DNA of 64,000 nt, from positions 51,708,001-51,772,000 of the forward strand of contig NC_043013.1 of NCBI RefSeq assembly GCF_006345805.1. The letters are read 5' to 3'. The position numbers were made by a program, and so were the translations under genes. Positions 1-13,292 of this stretch are shown here, piece after piece (position 1 is the stretch's first letter; every line of letters starts with the position of its first letter). This stretch comes from Octopus sinensis. Taxonomy: Eukaryota. Under the pieces are notes generated by a model. It was not told where the DNA came from and did not search any database. It saw only the letters and a list, made by a program, of their open reading frames with translations.

Positions 1-1247
1 ATACACACACACACAATGGACTTCTTTCAGTTTCTGTCTACCAAAATCCATTCAAGGCTTTGTTTGATTTGGGGATGTAGTAGAAGACACTTCCCCAAGG
101 TGCCACACTATGGAACTGAACCCAGAACCCATGTGGTTGGGAAGCAATCTTCTAACCACATAGCCATGCTTCCTCTTAATCATCATCATCATTGTCATCA
201 GCAGCACCAACACCACCACCACCACCATCATCATTCCAGTGTCCATTTTTCTATGTTTGCAATGGGTCAGACAAAAATTTATTGAGATAGTTTTTCTATA
301 GCTAAGGGCCCTTCCTGTCGGCAATCCTTACTTCTTTCCCAGCAAGGTGGGATTTTCCCCTTGACTGGGCATGTTTCCACAGAAGATTGCAACCAACTTT
401 CATGGTGATTCACCGATTCTAGCTCTTTTGAGTGGTGATCCACCGATTCTGTTGCTCGCTACCGTTATTGTAATAATCCTTTCAACTATTGGCACAAGGC
501 TAGAAATTTTAGGGGGAGTAGGGGATTAGTCAAATACATTGATCCCCCTCCCCAGTATTCAACTGGTACCTATTTTATTGACCATGACAAACAAAGTCAC
601 CTTCAGAGGAATTTGAACTCAGAACGTAGAGATGATGCTAAGCATTTCTCCTCTCTCACTCTCTCTCTCTCTTTCCCCTTCTCCATCTCTCCTCCCTCTC
701 TTTTAACCCCCCCCCCCCCTGCACTTCTCATCTTGACTGCTAAGGATTCTGCTTGTTCATTGCCTTAATAATTTTAGTAATAATAATAATAATAATCGGG
801 CTACAGCAAATATTCTGCATAATGCCACAGATTTGCTTGTCATTTGCTTGACTGTAACCAGTTGAGCATGTCCCTTTGATGATGTATGTATCTCTGATTA
901 CGAGCAGAAGTGGTGTGGGAGCATCATAGCTATGTGTTGAGAAGAATTCTTTGGGGTTTGGATAATTCACCTTTGGAAACATGGGTGTTTTGTAGAACAT
1001 CTTTAAACAGGGACCTTTTGAGCAGGATGGGCTACTAGACCTGAAGAAAATTTTAACTGGGCACCACCTGCAAGGTCATGCACTGTTTATCTTAATATGA
1101 CATCACCATGTCATGCACATATGGTTGTGACGCATGTGCCTGGTGTACCCTTATCAGACGGGTAGTCATGATGGATATACTGGGCTTCGTATATTTTACC
1201 CCAGTGTCACTTTGATGGCATGCATTGCTCTCTTACTTAATAATGAT

Positions 1248-2279
1248 AACAAGATCACTCAGAGAGTGAAAACCTTCACCAAGGCAACACCAACATCCTC
1301 TCAATGATTAGCCAGAGATGATTTTTAAAATGAGAGTATCTGAAATAAACTTGACTTTGCTCACAAACGAGAATACTAAAAATGAACCCAAACACTCTCA
1401 AAAATTAAGTAAAAAAAACAGGAAAATAATCCAGAATCCTTGTCCAGTACCTGACCGATCCCAATGGTAGTCATGGAATGTGAAGGTGGGTGTGAGGTCC
1501 GTGTTTGTAATGCTGTGTGTGTGTCGTCTGCGGTGGAAACGGACAATTTTCTCTATGAAGGCATTTTTTAGTCTATCCACTGATATAGTGTCTTTACAAC
1601 CATTAAGGTCTATAGTGAAAAATTCATCCGTGCGTGAAAGAAAACGGAAAGGACCTGCATACGGTGCTGTTAAGGAAGGTTCAACAACATCGATGTACAC
1701 AAAAACGTGAGTCCAAGAAGTAAAGCTTCCTTCAAGGCAGGGCTAGAAATGCAATTGTCAAGTAGGTAAAAGGTTTTAAACAGGAGCGATATATTCAAAA
1801 TCAGTAAAATTAAAGATTGTCGAGGATAAGTTAGATTCGTTATTGTTACTGAATATATTAGTGTAATTTAATTTCTGAACGGTTTTGTTGCCATTTGTTT
1901 GTATCATTTGATTTCTTTATCCATCAGTTTCTACTAAGATAGAAACACAAGTAAGATTAATAATAGAGAACCGAAAATAAGACTTTGGAAACAACAATGC
2001 TGCCATAACTTACCTGGAAACTATGAGCTTGCTTTCGAGGAAGATAATCAGAGAAAGACTTGAAAGTGAACGTAAGATTGTAATACTTCATGTAAAGTAA
2101 ATATAACGAATAATCCAGAATCCTTATCCGGTACCAGATCGATCCCAAAATCTGATCACTTCATGCCAGTCCCTGAAAGTTTCATCCAAATCCATCCAGC
2201 GGGTCTTGAGATATCTTGTCCATGGACAAGCAAACAAACATGACTGAAAACAATACCTCCCCCTTAACTAAGGTGGAGC

Positions 2280-2283
<4 letters not shown>
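1248..2283. mobile_element. Non-autonomous DNA element (Crypton/Helentron-like ends) interrupted by an LTR-element fragment
   Basis: Left end aacaagatcactcagagagtgaaaaccttcaccaagg and right end aaaacaatacctcc...aaggtggagctaataat have partly complementary subtermini. A ~39-bp segment ataatccagaatcctt..gatcccaa occurs at both ~1426-1464 and ~2110-2148. Class assignment is tentative. Confidence 0.4.
1540..1720 (-). pseudogene. Gypsy/Ty3 LTR retrotransposon integrase C-terminal (GPY/F) fragment
   Basis: ORF 1398-1700(-) reads PSLTAPYAGPFRFLSRTDEFFTIDLNGCKDTISVDRLKNAF, matching the typical L.PPY.GPY.V..R..K.F.I...G....VS.DRLK pattern of Gypsy integrase tails. Confidence 0.8.
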
Positions 2284-2310
<27 letters not shown>

Positions 2311-2889
2311 CCTTTCTATTATAGGCACAAGGCCTGAAATTTGGATAGTTGATTACATCAACCCCAGTCTTTCACTGGTACTTAATTTATTGACCCCAAA
2401 AGGATGAAAGGCAAAGTTGACCCCAACAGAATTTGAACTCAGAACATAAGGGCCTACGAAATGCTGCTAAGCATATTTATCCAGCATGCTAACGATTCTG
2501 CCAGCGTGCCAAATCATCATATTGATTTCTTTCAAAAGTAATACTAATTACTCCTGGCAGTCAATATTGCTATCAATCACCAAAATATGAGTGACCCAAG
2601 GTCAGTATATGACCCAAAGGTCACTCATACTAAACAGAACCTCCTCCTCCTCCTCTCCATAACTGTATTTCTAGAAAATATTTCACTGCTTTCTTTCTTT
2701 GTCCCATTTTTTCCTTCTTTCTTTCCTTTCTTTTTTTTATGTTTATTTCTTGCTTTTTGTTGTTTTCTCTCGTTTTTCCCTTTATTTTATTAAACTAATT
2801 ACTTCAAAGGGTCTCCCCCCCCCACCACCACCACTGCCATCATTTCGGGTCCCTTCTGTCTGTCTATCTGGCTGCCTGGCTGTCTATCT

Positions 2890-3452
2890 CTTCCTCCTCT
2901 CTTTCTTTCCCTGTTTTCCTCATTCTCTCTCCTATCTCTCTACTCTTTTTTCACCTCTCTCCAGAGAGAGAGAGAGAGAGAGAGAGAGGGCGAAAGAGCT
3001 CTCTCCACCTCTCTTTGTTTCCACCTCTCCATTTCTTCCCCTCTCCCTTTTCTTCTCTCTTTTCTTCCCCTTCTCTTTTCTCTCTCCACCTCCCTCTCTT
3101 TCTTTCCACCTCTTTCTCCATCCCTCTCTCTCCACCTTTCCCTCTTCACCTCTCCATTTCTCCCCCTCTCCTTTTTCTTCTCTCTTTTCTTCCCCTTCTT
3201 TCTCTTTCTCTCCCCACTTCCCTCTTTCTCTTCATCCCTCTCTCTCCACATTTCCCTCTACCTTTCCCTCACCTCATCTCCCCATCTTTCTTTTCCTCTC
3301 TCTCCCCTATCCCCCTCCCTCTTTCTCTCCATCCCTCTCTCCACCTTTCCCTCACCTCATCTCCCCATCTTTTCCTCTCTCTCCATCTCTACCTTCCTCT
3401 TCTTCCCCTTCTCTCTCTCCTCTCTCCCTCTCCCCTCTCCCCCTCTTTCCCC
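2890..3452. repeat. Long polypyrimidine (C/T) low-complexity tract with a short (GA)n interruption
   Basis: Almost exclusively C/T on the + strand; source of the spurious P/S/L/F ORFs. Confidence 0.9.
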
Positions 3453-3779
3453 TACAAAGCTATCTTGATAACAGACTCTATCATCTCAAACATCACAAGC
3501 AATGTTGCTTTTATCCTACTCCTACAACAACAACAACAACAACAACAACCACAACCACCACTGACCCACAACTCTGGTAATGCCACTATAACTACCAACA
3601 ATGTATAAAGACCACACCATCAACACCACCACCATTGCCACCACTCCATTGCATGCAACAATGACCAACAAGATCAACAACATCAATAACCCAACCTCAG
3701 CCACTGCCACCACCACCAACAACAACAACAACAACTAAAATTCTATTAGTGGACCACCTTAGAAAAAAATGAATTCAGC

Positions 3780-4314
3780 CAATTATCTATATGCGTGTGT
3801 TTATATATAAATATATATATATATATATAAAATATGTCTTTGTGTCATACATATGTATATGTAAGTAAATACACATTTATATATATATTTACACACACAT
3901 AAATATTTTTACATGTGTGTGTGTAATTGTGTATGTTTATATATAGGTATATATTTACAGATGTGTGTATGTATATGTTTGTTTACATGCATATATATAT
4001 TTATATATAAAGCATGGTTATATATTCATATGTGTATGTAAGTATGCATTTATACATATGCATGTGTGTGTATATATCTATATATATTATATGTATATAT
4101 TATATATATCTGTGTATATATTATATATATATGCATGTATATATATTGTATGAATATTTATATATATTGTATATATATTATATATGTATGTATGTATGTA
4201 TATATTTATATATGTATATATATACGTATATACATATATATATATATATATAATGTATTATATATCCGAACAAGAAGCACACTAAAGTACAGAGCAGTAA
4301 AGTATTAAAGTAAG

Positions 4315-4353
<39 letters not shown>

Positions 4354-4460
4354 TGAATATAGACATGTATGTATATATTCATACATTTATGTATATATAT
4401 ATATATATATATATATCGATGCACGCACACATGCATATATGCATACACACACTCTCACAT
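3780..4460. repeat. (TA)n/(TG)n degenerate microsatellite field
   Basis: Dinucleotide repeats visible directly. Similar fields lie at ~6850-7220, 28680-28880, 29400-29720, 33590-34100, 34650-35110, 56570-56780, 58300-58840 and 60780-61180. Confidence 0.95.
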
Positions 4461-6935
4461 ACACACTTTTTTCCCCTTTGCCCTTTAAATTTAGTGTGTA
4501 TCACCATTACATCAAAGCAATTCTGTACAGTGGAAACACTACTCTGCCCACTCCCTTTTTACTATTCCAGTACTCACTGCCTCCCACTCCCTCTCTCTTG
4601 CTCTCTTTCCTACTCTCCTCAGTCCCTCCCCCTCTCTCTCTCTGTCTCTCTCTCATTATATATAACAATACAAGATCAATCATATTGGCTAGAAGCAGAA
4701 TTTTTACAATTCATATTAGAAAAATTCTTCACCAGACAAGCCCCATAAAAAAGTGGAGAACTTCGTCAAAATTGTACCTAATCTCATTAATTGAACTTGT
4801 GACTGAATCTTCATTAATTTAGTCTCTAACTGAATCATTGACCCACAACAAATCTAATGTTTTGGACCAGAAAAAAAAAATAAATAAGAAAATAAAAGCA
4901 AAATTAATATGGAATTTGTCTTTATTCCATTTAAGAAATTGTTGTTGTTGTTGTTGTTGTGGCGTCTTTTATTTTTCCTTGTTTTCCATTTTTGATATTT
5001 GTAATATTACATCAAAACAAATGAAAAGTATTTCAATTATAATGATGATAGTGATAATGATAATAACAATAATGATGATGATGATAATAGTAATGGTGGT
5101 GATGATGTGATTAGGATGATGGTAGTGTGCAGAAAAGTGATGTATACCATAATTATTGTCATTGGCACCCCCACTGTCATCACCATTGTCTCTACTATCA
5201 TCATCATTATTTCCTCCATCAACATCACCATCATCACCTTCATGGTCATCACCACCATTATCATCATGATCACCCTTTCTCATCATTATTGTCAGCATCA
5301 TCATCATTATCGTATTCACAATCATTGTGTAAACTGACCAATGAATATTTCATGTTGATAGTCTGTATTCAAAGATTACATTGGGTTAACTGGAAATAAA
5401 TTTAAATGATGCTTTAATCAACATTTATATTCTTTTGGAAATTTGGAAAGATCCTTAGACACCAGGTTATCAAAATATATATGGGCTTTGAAAAACAGTA
5501 TTGTTTAATGGCTAATAAGGTTGTTTGAAATATATTACAATTTACCAAACTTTATAAATAAGGTAATTATGGTGGTGAATATACTGTTTTATAAAGACTC
5601 TATCTTTAACATACATAGAAAACCATTTCTGGCAATGGGAAATATTACCTTGCTTGGAAACCGGTGAGGGCTGGTGACATGAAGAGAATCCAGCCATAGA
5701 AAGATAGATTAGAAGGCTCCAAAGATCCTGGTGTCAGATTTTAGTAAGTTTCAAGCTTGTATACAGCTTATATAGGTGGCAAAAGATGGATAGTATACAA
5801 AGAAAAAAATTTATTTACCATTGTAAGTTACAAGTACTAATGTGTCAAGTGTACATGCAGTTCCATGTCAGTGTATCTATCCGAGATTCTGGAGTTACTG
5901 TGGTTCTTCAGATGATAAAAATAGAAGTTCTGAGAATGAGTTTTGATTCTCCCATTTGCCAAACAAGGCTTGTTATATGCATGTGTGTTTGTGTGAGTGT
6001 AAGATATAGAAGGAGACAGAAACAGGAAAAGTGGTAACATTGGCTTAAGTATTTGAAAACTGTCTACTGTGAACTATAGAGCTGTGCTAACCACTATGCT
6101 AAAGCAGTGTCACTTATATATAAATATATGTATATGTGTGTGTATGTATAATACACACACACTTACACACACAGATCAAATTATAGATTTATGCAAAATT
6201 TATTCAGTATTGTTTTTAACATCTCTTTCATGTCAAGATGATAGATTTTTTAAAATTAATCTTTTTCACACTATTTGTCAGTCTCTGCCTGTCCGTCTGT
6301 CTGTCTATCTCTCTATCTATCTCTTTATATATCTATCTATTTATCTATCTGTCTGTCTATCTATGTATGTATCTATCTATCTTCCTATCTATCTATATAT
6401 CCATCTATCTCTCTATCTATTATTCCACCTCTCTCTCTCTCCTTTTCTCTTTGTATGTATGTATGTGTGTGTGCCTATAGGTATCTCTGTCTAAATCTCT
6501 CTGGCTAATATATAAACACACATGCACACTTATATATTTCTGTGTCTTATCTATGTATGTTTGTGTGTGAAAAACAAGATATATCTACACACACACACAC
6601 ACTCACACACACATACACACACGCCAATTCTTGTCTCTCTCTTTTCCATATATTTCTCCCTCCATCTCTTGCTCCTTCTCTTTGATGTTTTCCCCTACCA
6701 TTTCTCACCTGTTTCTCTCTCTTTATCTCCCCCTCTCCACACCATCCTACTATCTCATCTCAATCTATTACATCACTATATACACTCACCTTTTAAACCG
6801 GAACTAATATCAAAGAGAATGGAATTAAAAGAGCAGAGATGAAACACTTATTGAAAATATATATGTATATATCTGTCTGTCTATCTATGTATCTCTCTCT
6901 ATCTCTCTATATATATAGATATATATAGATATAGT

Positions 6936-6975
<40 letters not shown>

Positions 6976-7116
6976 TATGTATATATATAATATTACATTA
7001 TAGTGTGTTCATCTATGTATGTATAATATATATATCTATATATATATACACACACATACACATATATGTAGATATATATTTGTATATAATGTTATGTGCA
7101 CAGATATACAAGTGTG

Positions 7117-7151
<35 letters not shown>

Positions 7152-7959
7152 TATATATATATATATAATATAATATAATATATATGTGTATGTATGTATA
7201 AATGTGTGTGTGTGTGTACAATTTCCTATAAGTGTTTGTATGTTTATACTTATATGTATTTATATAATTAATATAATGATATATATGAAATCTATAATTG
7301 CTCTTTTCAGAAACTTAGAATTGCATTTAATTATATCATTACTACTCCCTCCATCCATACCCTACACACACACACACATCTTTCTGTCTTTCTTTTCTCT
7401 CTCATTCTCTCTCACTCATTCAGTATATCTCTTCCTTTTCCTCCTCTCACTCTCTCTTTCACATTCCAACTCTCTTGTTGAAACTTTCTCTCTCTCTCTC
7501 TCTCTCTCTCTGTTATTTTCTCTCTCTTTCTGTTATTTTCTTTTTCTCTATTCTTACTCTCTCTCTCTTAGTTTCTCACTATCCTCTCTTATTTTCTCTC
7601 TCTCTCTCTCTGTTATTTTCGTTTTGTCCTTACTCTCTCTCTCTTTTTTCTCTTATTTTTTTTCTCACTATTCTCTCTCTCTCTCTCTCTCTCACTTTGT
7701 GTCAGTATTTCTCTCTCTCCTATGCTAATTTCCCATCTTCACTCTCTTCTTTCTGGTAATGTATCTTGTAGTATAGATGGTGGTGGAGGTGATGGTGTTC
7801 CTGGTGGTGGTGGTGGGTGGAGGGGTTGGAGGTGATACCCCAATAAGTGCTAATGATATTTCTGAGTAGGTGGTGATGTTGCTCGGGATGGTGGTGGTGG
7901 TGATGGCACTGGCAATGGTAGTGATGATGATGGTAGTGATAAGTAGCAGTGAGTTTGGT

Positions 7960-8275
7960 TTTGACGATGCTGCAGATGATGATGATGATGGCAGTAGCAT
8001 AAATGTTGCTCTGTACTGTTATGATGATGATGGTGGTGGTGGTGGTGTTGCCAGTAAAAGTGATGATGGTGCTGGTAAAAGTGGTGGTGATGATGGTGAT
8101 AGTGGTGATGCCGGTAAAAGTGATGACGACGATGATGGTGGTGGTGGTGCTGGTAAAAGCAGTGGTGATGATGATGATGATGGTGGTGATGGTGTTGCTA
8201 GTAAAAGTGGTGATGTTGGTAGTGCTGGTGGTGCTGGTAAAAGTAGTGCTGATGATGATGATGGTGGTGGTAGTT
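7960..8275. repeat. Degenerate minisatellite built from (GGT/GAT)n with a recurring gtaaaag motif
   Basis: gtaaaag(t/c) recurs six times between GAT/GGT runs. Confidence 0.75.
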
Positions 8276-8811
8276 TAAATTGCCGTGATATTCTTGATGG
8301 TGTGTGTTCTATGCTGATGTCCAACTATTGTTCAAGTCCGACCTAACAGACAAACCTGTGATAAAAAGAATTCTATCCATGACCATCCCTTCCAATGTTC
8401 AGGGAATCTGAGGCTTTGATATCCACCATGTCCTTTTCTAAGACAAAAGAATGTAATTTGAGAGAGAGAGAGATTTGGCTAATGTTTCCAGCAAATCAAC
8501 TGACCATGTAGTGGACCCATATATATATACATATGTGTCTGTGTATCGATGTGTATATCTTTGTGTGTGTCAGCTTGTGTGTGTGTGTCTGTGTGTGTGT
8601 ATGTGATTCTCTGTGAATGTGGATATCAATAAACAATACATTTCTATAAGGATGATGGGATTAGTTCCATAATCGGGGCTTATGAAAAGTCTGACAACAG
8701 AGAGGAAAGAGCAGGAAGAGATGAGGAGAGAATTGGGGAGAGTTTAATAAAAATATTCATATACTCATATTTTGTGTTCTAGTGTGTGTGTGTGTATATA
8801 TATATACACAC

Positions 8812-8872
<61 letters not shown>

Positions 8873-9030
8873 ATCTATCTATCTATCTATCTATTTTTCC
8901 ACTGCTCTCTCTCTCTCCTTTTCTCTCTGTATGTGTGTGTGTGCCTATATGTATCTCTGTTTCACCGCTTGTGTATCGTTGGCGATTTTCTTTCTCCGTC
9001 TTCCCTTCCTTGGACCTTTCCTTTTCCTAT

Positions 9031-9066
9031 GATTCTGACGAAGAACTCCACTTGAAACGTTAAATC
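9031..9066 (+). ncRNA. Decayed minimal type I hammerhead-like motif in a Penelope-type terminal repeat
   Basis: gatt-CTGACGA-A-...-GAAAC-GT-T-aaatc; stem II is degenerate. Confidence 0.45.
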
Positions 9067-9641
9067 CTCCTTATTTTTTTTCCTTTCCTGAGCGTCCAAT
9101 AACACTATACTTGTTCCTCGACCTCGCGTTGTTGTGTTTTCTTTGTTCATGTTTGGATTAACTATATATTTATACTCTCTTGTGTCTGGGGAGAGTCATT
9201 CTTTTTTAGGGCCTTATAATTTAACACAATCACTGGTAAAATTTTCACTCATTTACTTATTTATTTTTCTAAAAATTTTTGTTGCGTCTTGCAACATTTT
9301 CAATAGTTGTTGACTCTGTCCGTTAGTCAAGCAGCTTGAATAATGGACACTTGAAAATATTAAGCAAGTGGCTGAGCACTCCACCGATGAGCATAGCTTT
9401 AACGAAATTCTAAGGGAATTTCAGCATGAAAGAGGATGTGACAAAGCTGGCCTTTTGAAATACAGGTACAACTCATTTTTGCCAGCTGAGTGGACTGGAG
9501 CAACGTGAAATAAAGTATCTTGCTTAAGAACACAATGTGTTACCAGGGATTGAACTCTTGACCTTACAATTGAGAGCATGAACCAAATACTGTAACCACT
9601 AATGTATACAATATCACGTATGTATGTATGTATATATATAT

Positions 9642-9679
<38 letters not shown>

Positions 9680-9680
9680 G

Positions 9681-9810
9681 GGAAAGTTTACGAAAAAAAA
9701 ACAAGAGACGAAGACAGGTGGAGTACAAAACAAACAGATGTATTAGTATAGCGCTCAGGAATAGAAAAAGTCTTTTAAGTTTCGAGCCTATGCTCTTCTA
9801 CAGAAAGGTA
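9681..9810 (-). mobile_element. Short Penelope-type repeat with hammerhead-like motif (same family as 10375-10503 and 12725-12875)
   Basis: Minus strand reads cttt-CTGTAGA-A-GAGC-atag-GCTC-GAAAC-tt-a-aaag; the element sits next to a (TA)n tract. Confidence 0.6.
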
Positions 9811-10374
9811 CATGAAGGCGTGTGGTTAAGGCATTCAGTTCATGATAGTAAGGTCGCGAGTTCAATTCCTGGCAATTCATTGTGTTCTTGATCAAGACAT
9901 TTTATTTCACGTTCCTCCAGTCCATTAAGCTAGCAAATATGAGTTGTACCTGAGAACTATGTTAAGGGTACACATGTCTGTAGAGTGCTCAGCCACTTGC
10001 ATGTTAATTTCACGAGCAAGTTGTTCCATTGATCAGATCAACTGGGACCCATGTCATCATAACCGACAGAGTGCTCCATAAAAAAATATATAAAGTTATG
10101 TAATGGGCTTCTTTCAGTTTCCTTCTCCCGAATTCACTCACAAGGCTTTGGTCAGACCAAGGCTATAAATGGAGACACTTGCTCAAGGTGCCGCCCAGTA
10201 AGACTGAACCTAAAATTACATGGCTGAGAAGTATTCTTAACTGCACAATCATGCATGCTCTAGGGTATGTATATGCAAGTATGTATATAAGAAAGGTATG
10301 TGTATATGTACATGCATGTTGGACCATTAATCCCTACACATTTATTTTTCTCTCTCCATTTTTTACTTCTCAAT

Positions 10375-10503
10375 CCTTACTGCTGAAGAGCATAGGCTCG
10401 AAATATCAAAAACTTTTCCATTCTTCCAGAGCGTTAAACTAATACACCTGCCTGTTGTTGTCTCACCTGTCTTCATCTTTTGTTTTTCTGTAAACTTGAA
10501 CTA
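10375..10503 (+). mobile_element. Short Penelope-type repeat with hammerhead-like motif
   Basis: CTGCTGA-A-GAGC-atag-GCTC-GAAAT-AT-C; downstream tail is similar to the 12725-12875 copy. Confidence 0.55.
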
Positions 10504-10959
10504 GTTATCTACCTATCTATCTAATGCATGTGGAGGCGCAGTGGCCCAGTGGTTAGAGCAGCAGACTCACGGTCGTGGGAATGCAGTTTCAATTCCTGGA
10601 CTGGGTGTTTGAGTGTTTATTGAGTGAAAACACCTAAAGCTCCACGAGGCTCGGGCAGGGGAGTGATGGCGAACCCTGCTGTACTCTTTCTTTCACCACA
10701 ACTTTCTCTCATTCTTTCTTCCTGTTTCTGTTGTACTTGTATTTCAAAGGGCCAGCCTTGTTATACTGTATGTCATGCTGAATCTCCCTGAGAGCTACGT
10801 TAAGGGTACACGTGTCTGTGGAGTGCTCAGCCACTTACACAGTAATTTCATGAGCAGGCTGTTCTGTTAATCGGATCAACTGAAACTCCCCTCATCGTAA
10901 CCGACAGAGTTCAACGATATATCTAATGCATACATATATGCATTATGTAAATAGATAGT

Positions 10960-11280
10960 GAAGGTGCATGGCTCGGTAGTTAGAGCATTGGGCTCACAAT
11001 CGTGAGGTTGAGAGTTCGATTCCCAGATCAGGCTGCGTATTGTGTTCTTGAGCAAGACACTTTATTTCATGTAGCTCCAGTTCACTCAGCTGTAGAAATG
11101 AGTTGCGATGTCACTGGTGCCAAGCTGTATCGGCCCCTTTGCCTTTCCCTTAGACAACATTGGTGGTGTGGAGAGGGGAGGCTGGTATGCATGGGTGACT
11201 GCTGGTCTTTGATAAACAACATTGCCCAGACTTGTGCCTGGGAGGGGAACTTTCTAGGTGCAGTCCCATGATTATTTACA
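10960..11280 (+). mobile_element. tRNA-derived SINE, family C
   Basis: A-box-like tggctcggtagttagag and B-box gagttcgattcc, then tgtgttcttgagcaagacactttatttc. Related copies at ~9355-9600(-), 9815-10075(+), 10530-10915(+), 33020-33345(-), 48550-48735(-), 52317-52680(+), 62017-62260(+). Confidence 0.8.
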
Positions 11281-11298
11281 ACCTTTTACATATATGCA

Positions 11299-11332
<34 letters not shown>

Positions 11333-12724
11333 TGTATAGCCTGTTTACCTGAGGCAGGAGATGAGCAGATAAGGAAGGTAGATTGGAAAGGAGGGAGAGG
11401 AAAGACAGGCAGATATGGTAGAGTGTTGGAGGAGGAGCAGCACTGGAGGCTGAAAGAGAGCTAGATAGATATATGTAGAGAGGGAGGAGGAGGAGGAAGC
11501 AGTGATAGATAGGATTCAGGGTCAGGTTATGATGATGATGATGATGAGTTTTGATGCAATTTCTTGTAAACATGAAATTCTTCAATGGAATCAGCAAAAT
11601 GTCACCGCCAGTAACAACAACAACAACATGAATAAACTGGAGAATGTACAATGGAATGGTTAAGGTCAACAGGAAAGAGCAGTGGTCATAGCAGTGGTGG
11701 TGGTTGTTGCAGTGGTGGTGGTCATGACTGTTGTTGTGAAAATAGTAGCATAGACTATAGTATGGTGCACTTCATAGTCTGGAGGTGGCTATGAAGGTAT
11801 TGTAGTAGTTAGGTGGTAGTTGTAAGTGGTGGTGGTGAAAGTTGTAGTCAGGTGGTAGTAGTGATACTATGTACTGTTTGCATTGATAGCAGTTAAGTGT
11901 TGTTGACAGTGGCGGTGGTAGTAGTAATGGTGTAGTAGTAGTAGTAGTAGTGGTGATGGTTGTTGTGGTAATAGTGGTGGTGATAGTAGTGGTGGTGGTA
12001 GTGGCAGTGGTAATAGTAGTAGCAATAGCAGGGTCGTTAGTAAAAGGGCAACAAGTGGTGTAAAAAGGGGCCTCTAGATGAGCATAATAGAATGTCAGCA
12101 GGGTCAACAGGAAGAAGTGGTGGTGGGCGAGAGTGGATTGGTGTATGATGTTAGTAAATAAATGATGTAGTATTTAGATAACAAATGCCTAGTTGTCATG
12201 GTGATGGTAACAGTGTTTACGTTCATGTTAGCTCAGGTGAGATTGTTTTTATTTAGCCCTAGGCTGGCCTCATTAATCAAATCTGTAATCAAAGACATCC
12301 CAGAGCTGACCACCCTGGTGGTTTCATTATCCAATGTGCACTTCCATTTTTAAGAGCATAGGATGTGATTTTGAGGAGGATTTGGCTGCTATTTCTAACA
12401 GGTATAGCTGCTATGTGGGGGTCTCCTTCTTTGTTTCATACATATATATATTCATATATGAGTGAGTTAGCTGTGATTTGACAGAGATTTGGCTGGTATT
12501 TCTGCCAGGTGTAGTTATCATGTACAGGTCTCTCTCGTTAGCTCATACATACATACACATATGCATTGGTGGCATGGAGAGGGGAGGCTGGTATGCATGG
12601 ATAATTGCTGGTCTTCCATCAACAACCTTGCCTGGACTTGTGCCTCAGAGGGTAACTTTCTAGGTGCAATCCCATGGTCATTCATGATCAAAGGGGGTTT
12701 TTGCCTTTATATATATATATATTG

Positions 12725-12875
12725 TTTTTTCTGTGTCCCTTTCTGTAGAAGAGCGTAGGCTCGAAACGTAAAAGACTTTTTCTATTCCTGAGTGGTATAC
12801 TAATACATCTGTTTGTTTCGTACACCACCTGTCTTCGTCTTTTGTTTTTTTCGTAAACTCTCCACTCTCCCTATA
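12725..12875 (+). mobile_element. Short Penelope-type repeat with hammerhead-like motif
   Basis: cttt-CTGTAGA-A-GAGC-gtag-GCTC-GAAAC-GT-A-aaag at 12739-12774; TA dinucleotide runs on both sides. Confidence 0.65.
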
Positions 12876-12881
12876 TATATA

Positions 12882-13048
12882 GGTGTAGGAGTGGCTGTGT
12901 GGTAAGTAGCTTGCTTACCAACTACATGGTTCCGAGTTTAGTCCCACTGTGTGGCACCTTGGGCAAGTGTCTTCTACTATAGCCTCAGGCCGACTAAAGC
13001 CTTCCGAGTGGATTTGGTAGACAGAAACTGAAAGAAGCCCGTCTTATA

Positions 13049-13094
<46 letters not shown>

Positions 13095-13292
13095 TGTGTG
13101 TGTATATGTTTGTGTGTCTGTGTTTGTCCCCCCAACATCGCTTGACAACCGATGCTGGTGTGTCCCCGTAACTTAGCGGTTTGGCAAATGAGACCAATAG
13201 AATAAGTACTAGGCTTACAAAGAATAAGTCCTGGGATCGATTTGCTCGACTAAAGGTGGTGCTCCAGCATAGCCACAGTCAAATGACTGAAA
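12882..13292 (+). mobile_element. tRNA-derived SINE, family A (CORE-like ccttgggcaagt block, internal TA/TG microsatellite)
   Basis: ggagtggctgtgtggtaag...gttcagtcccactg...ccttgggcaagtgtcttctactatagcc...aaatgactgaaac. More than 20 copies or fragments, e.g. 1-170(-), 15641-16010(+), 16547-16858(+), 18395-18662(-), 24625-24992(+), 25930-26330(+), 37041-37400(+), 38390-38760(+), 39095-39440(-), 42285-42690(-), 44752-45150(-), 46110-46495(+), 46670-47085(-), 59777-60162(+). Confidence 0.9.

Noticed and set aside
2699-3608. Long ORFs of 293 aa and 197 aa
   Set aside because: Translations of a C/T low-complexity tract, which cannot contain stop codons.
7870-8346. Gly/Asp/Ser-rich ORF with GAGKS repeats resembling a structural protein or P-loop
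   Set aside because: Derived from GGT/GAT minisatellite expansion, open in several frames, and no splice or domain context.
10960-11030. tRNA-like A and B boxes here and in other SINE heads
   Set aside because: They continue directly into SINE bodies and do not form complete cloverleafs, so they are not tRNA genes.
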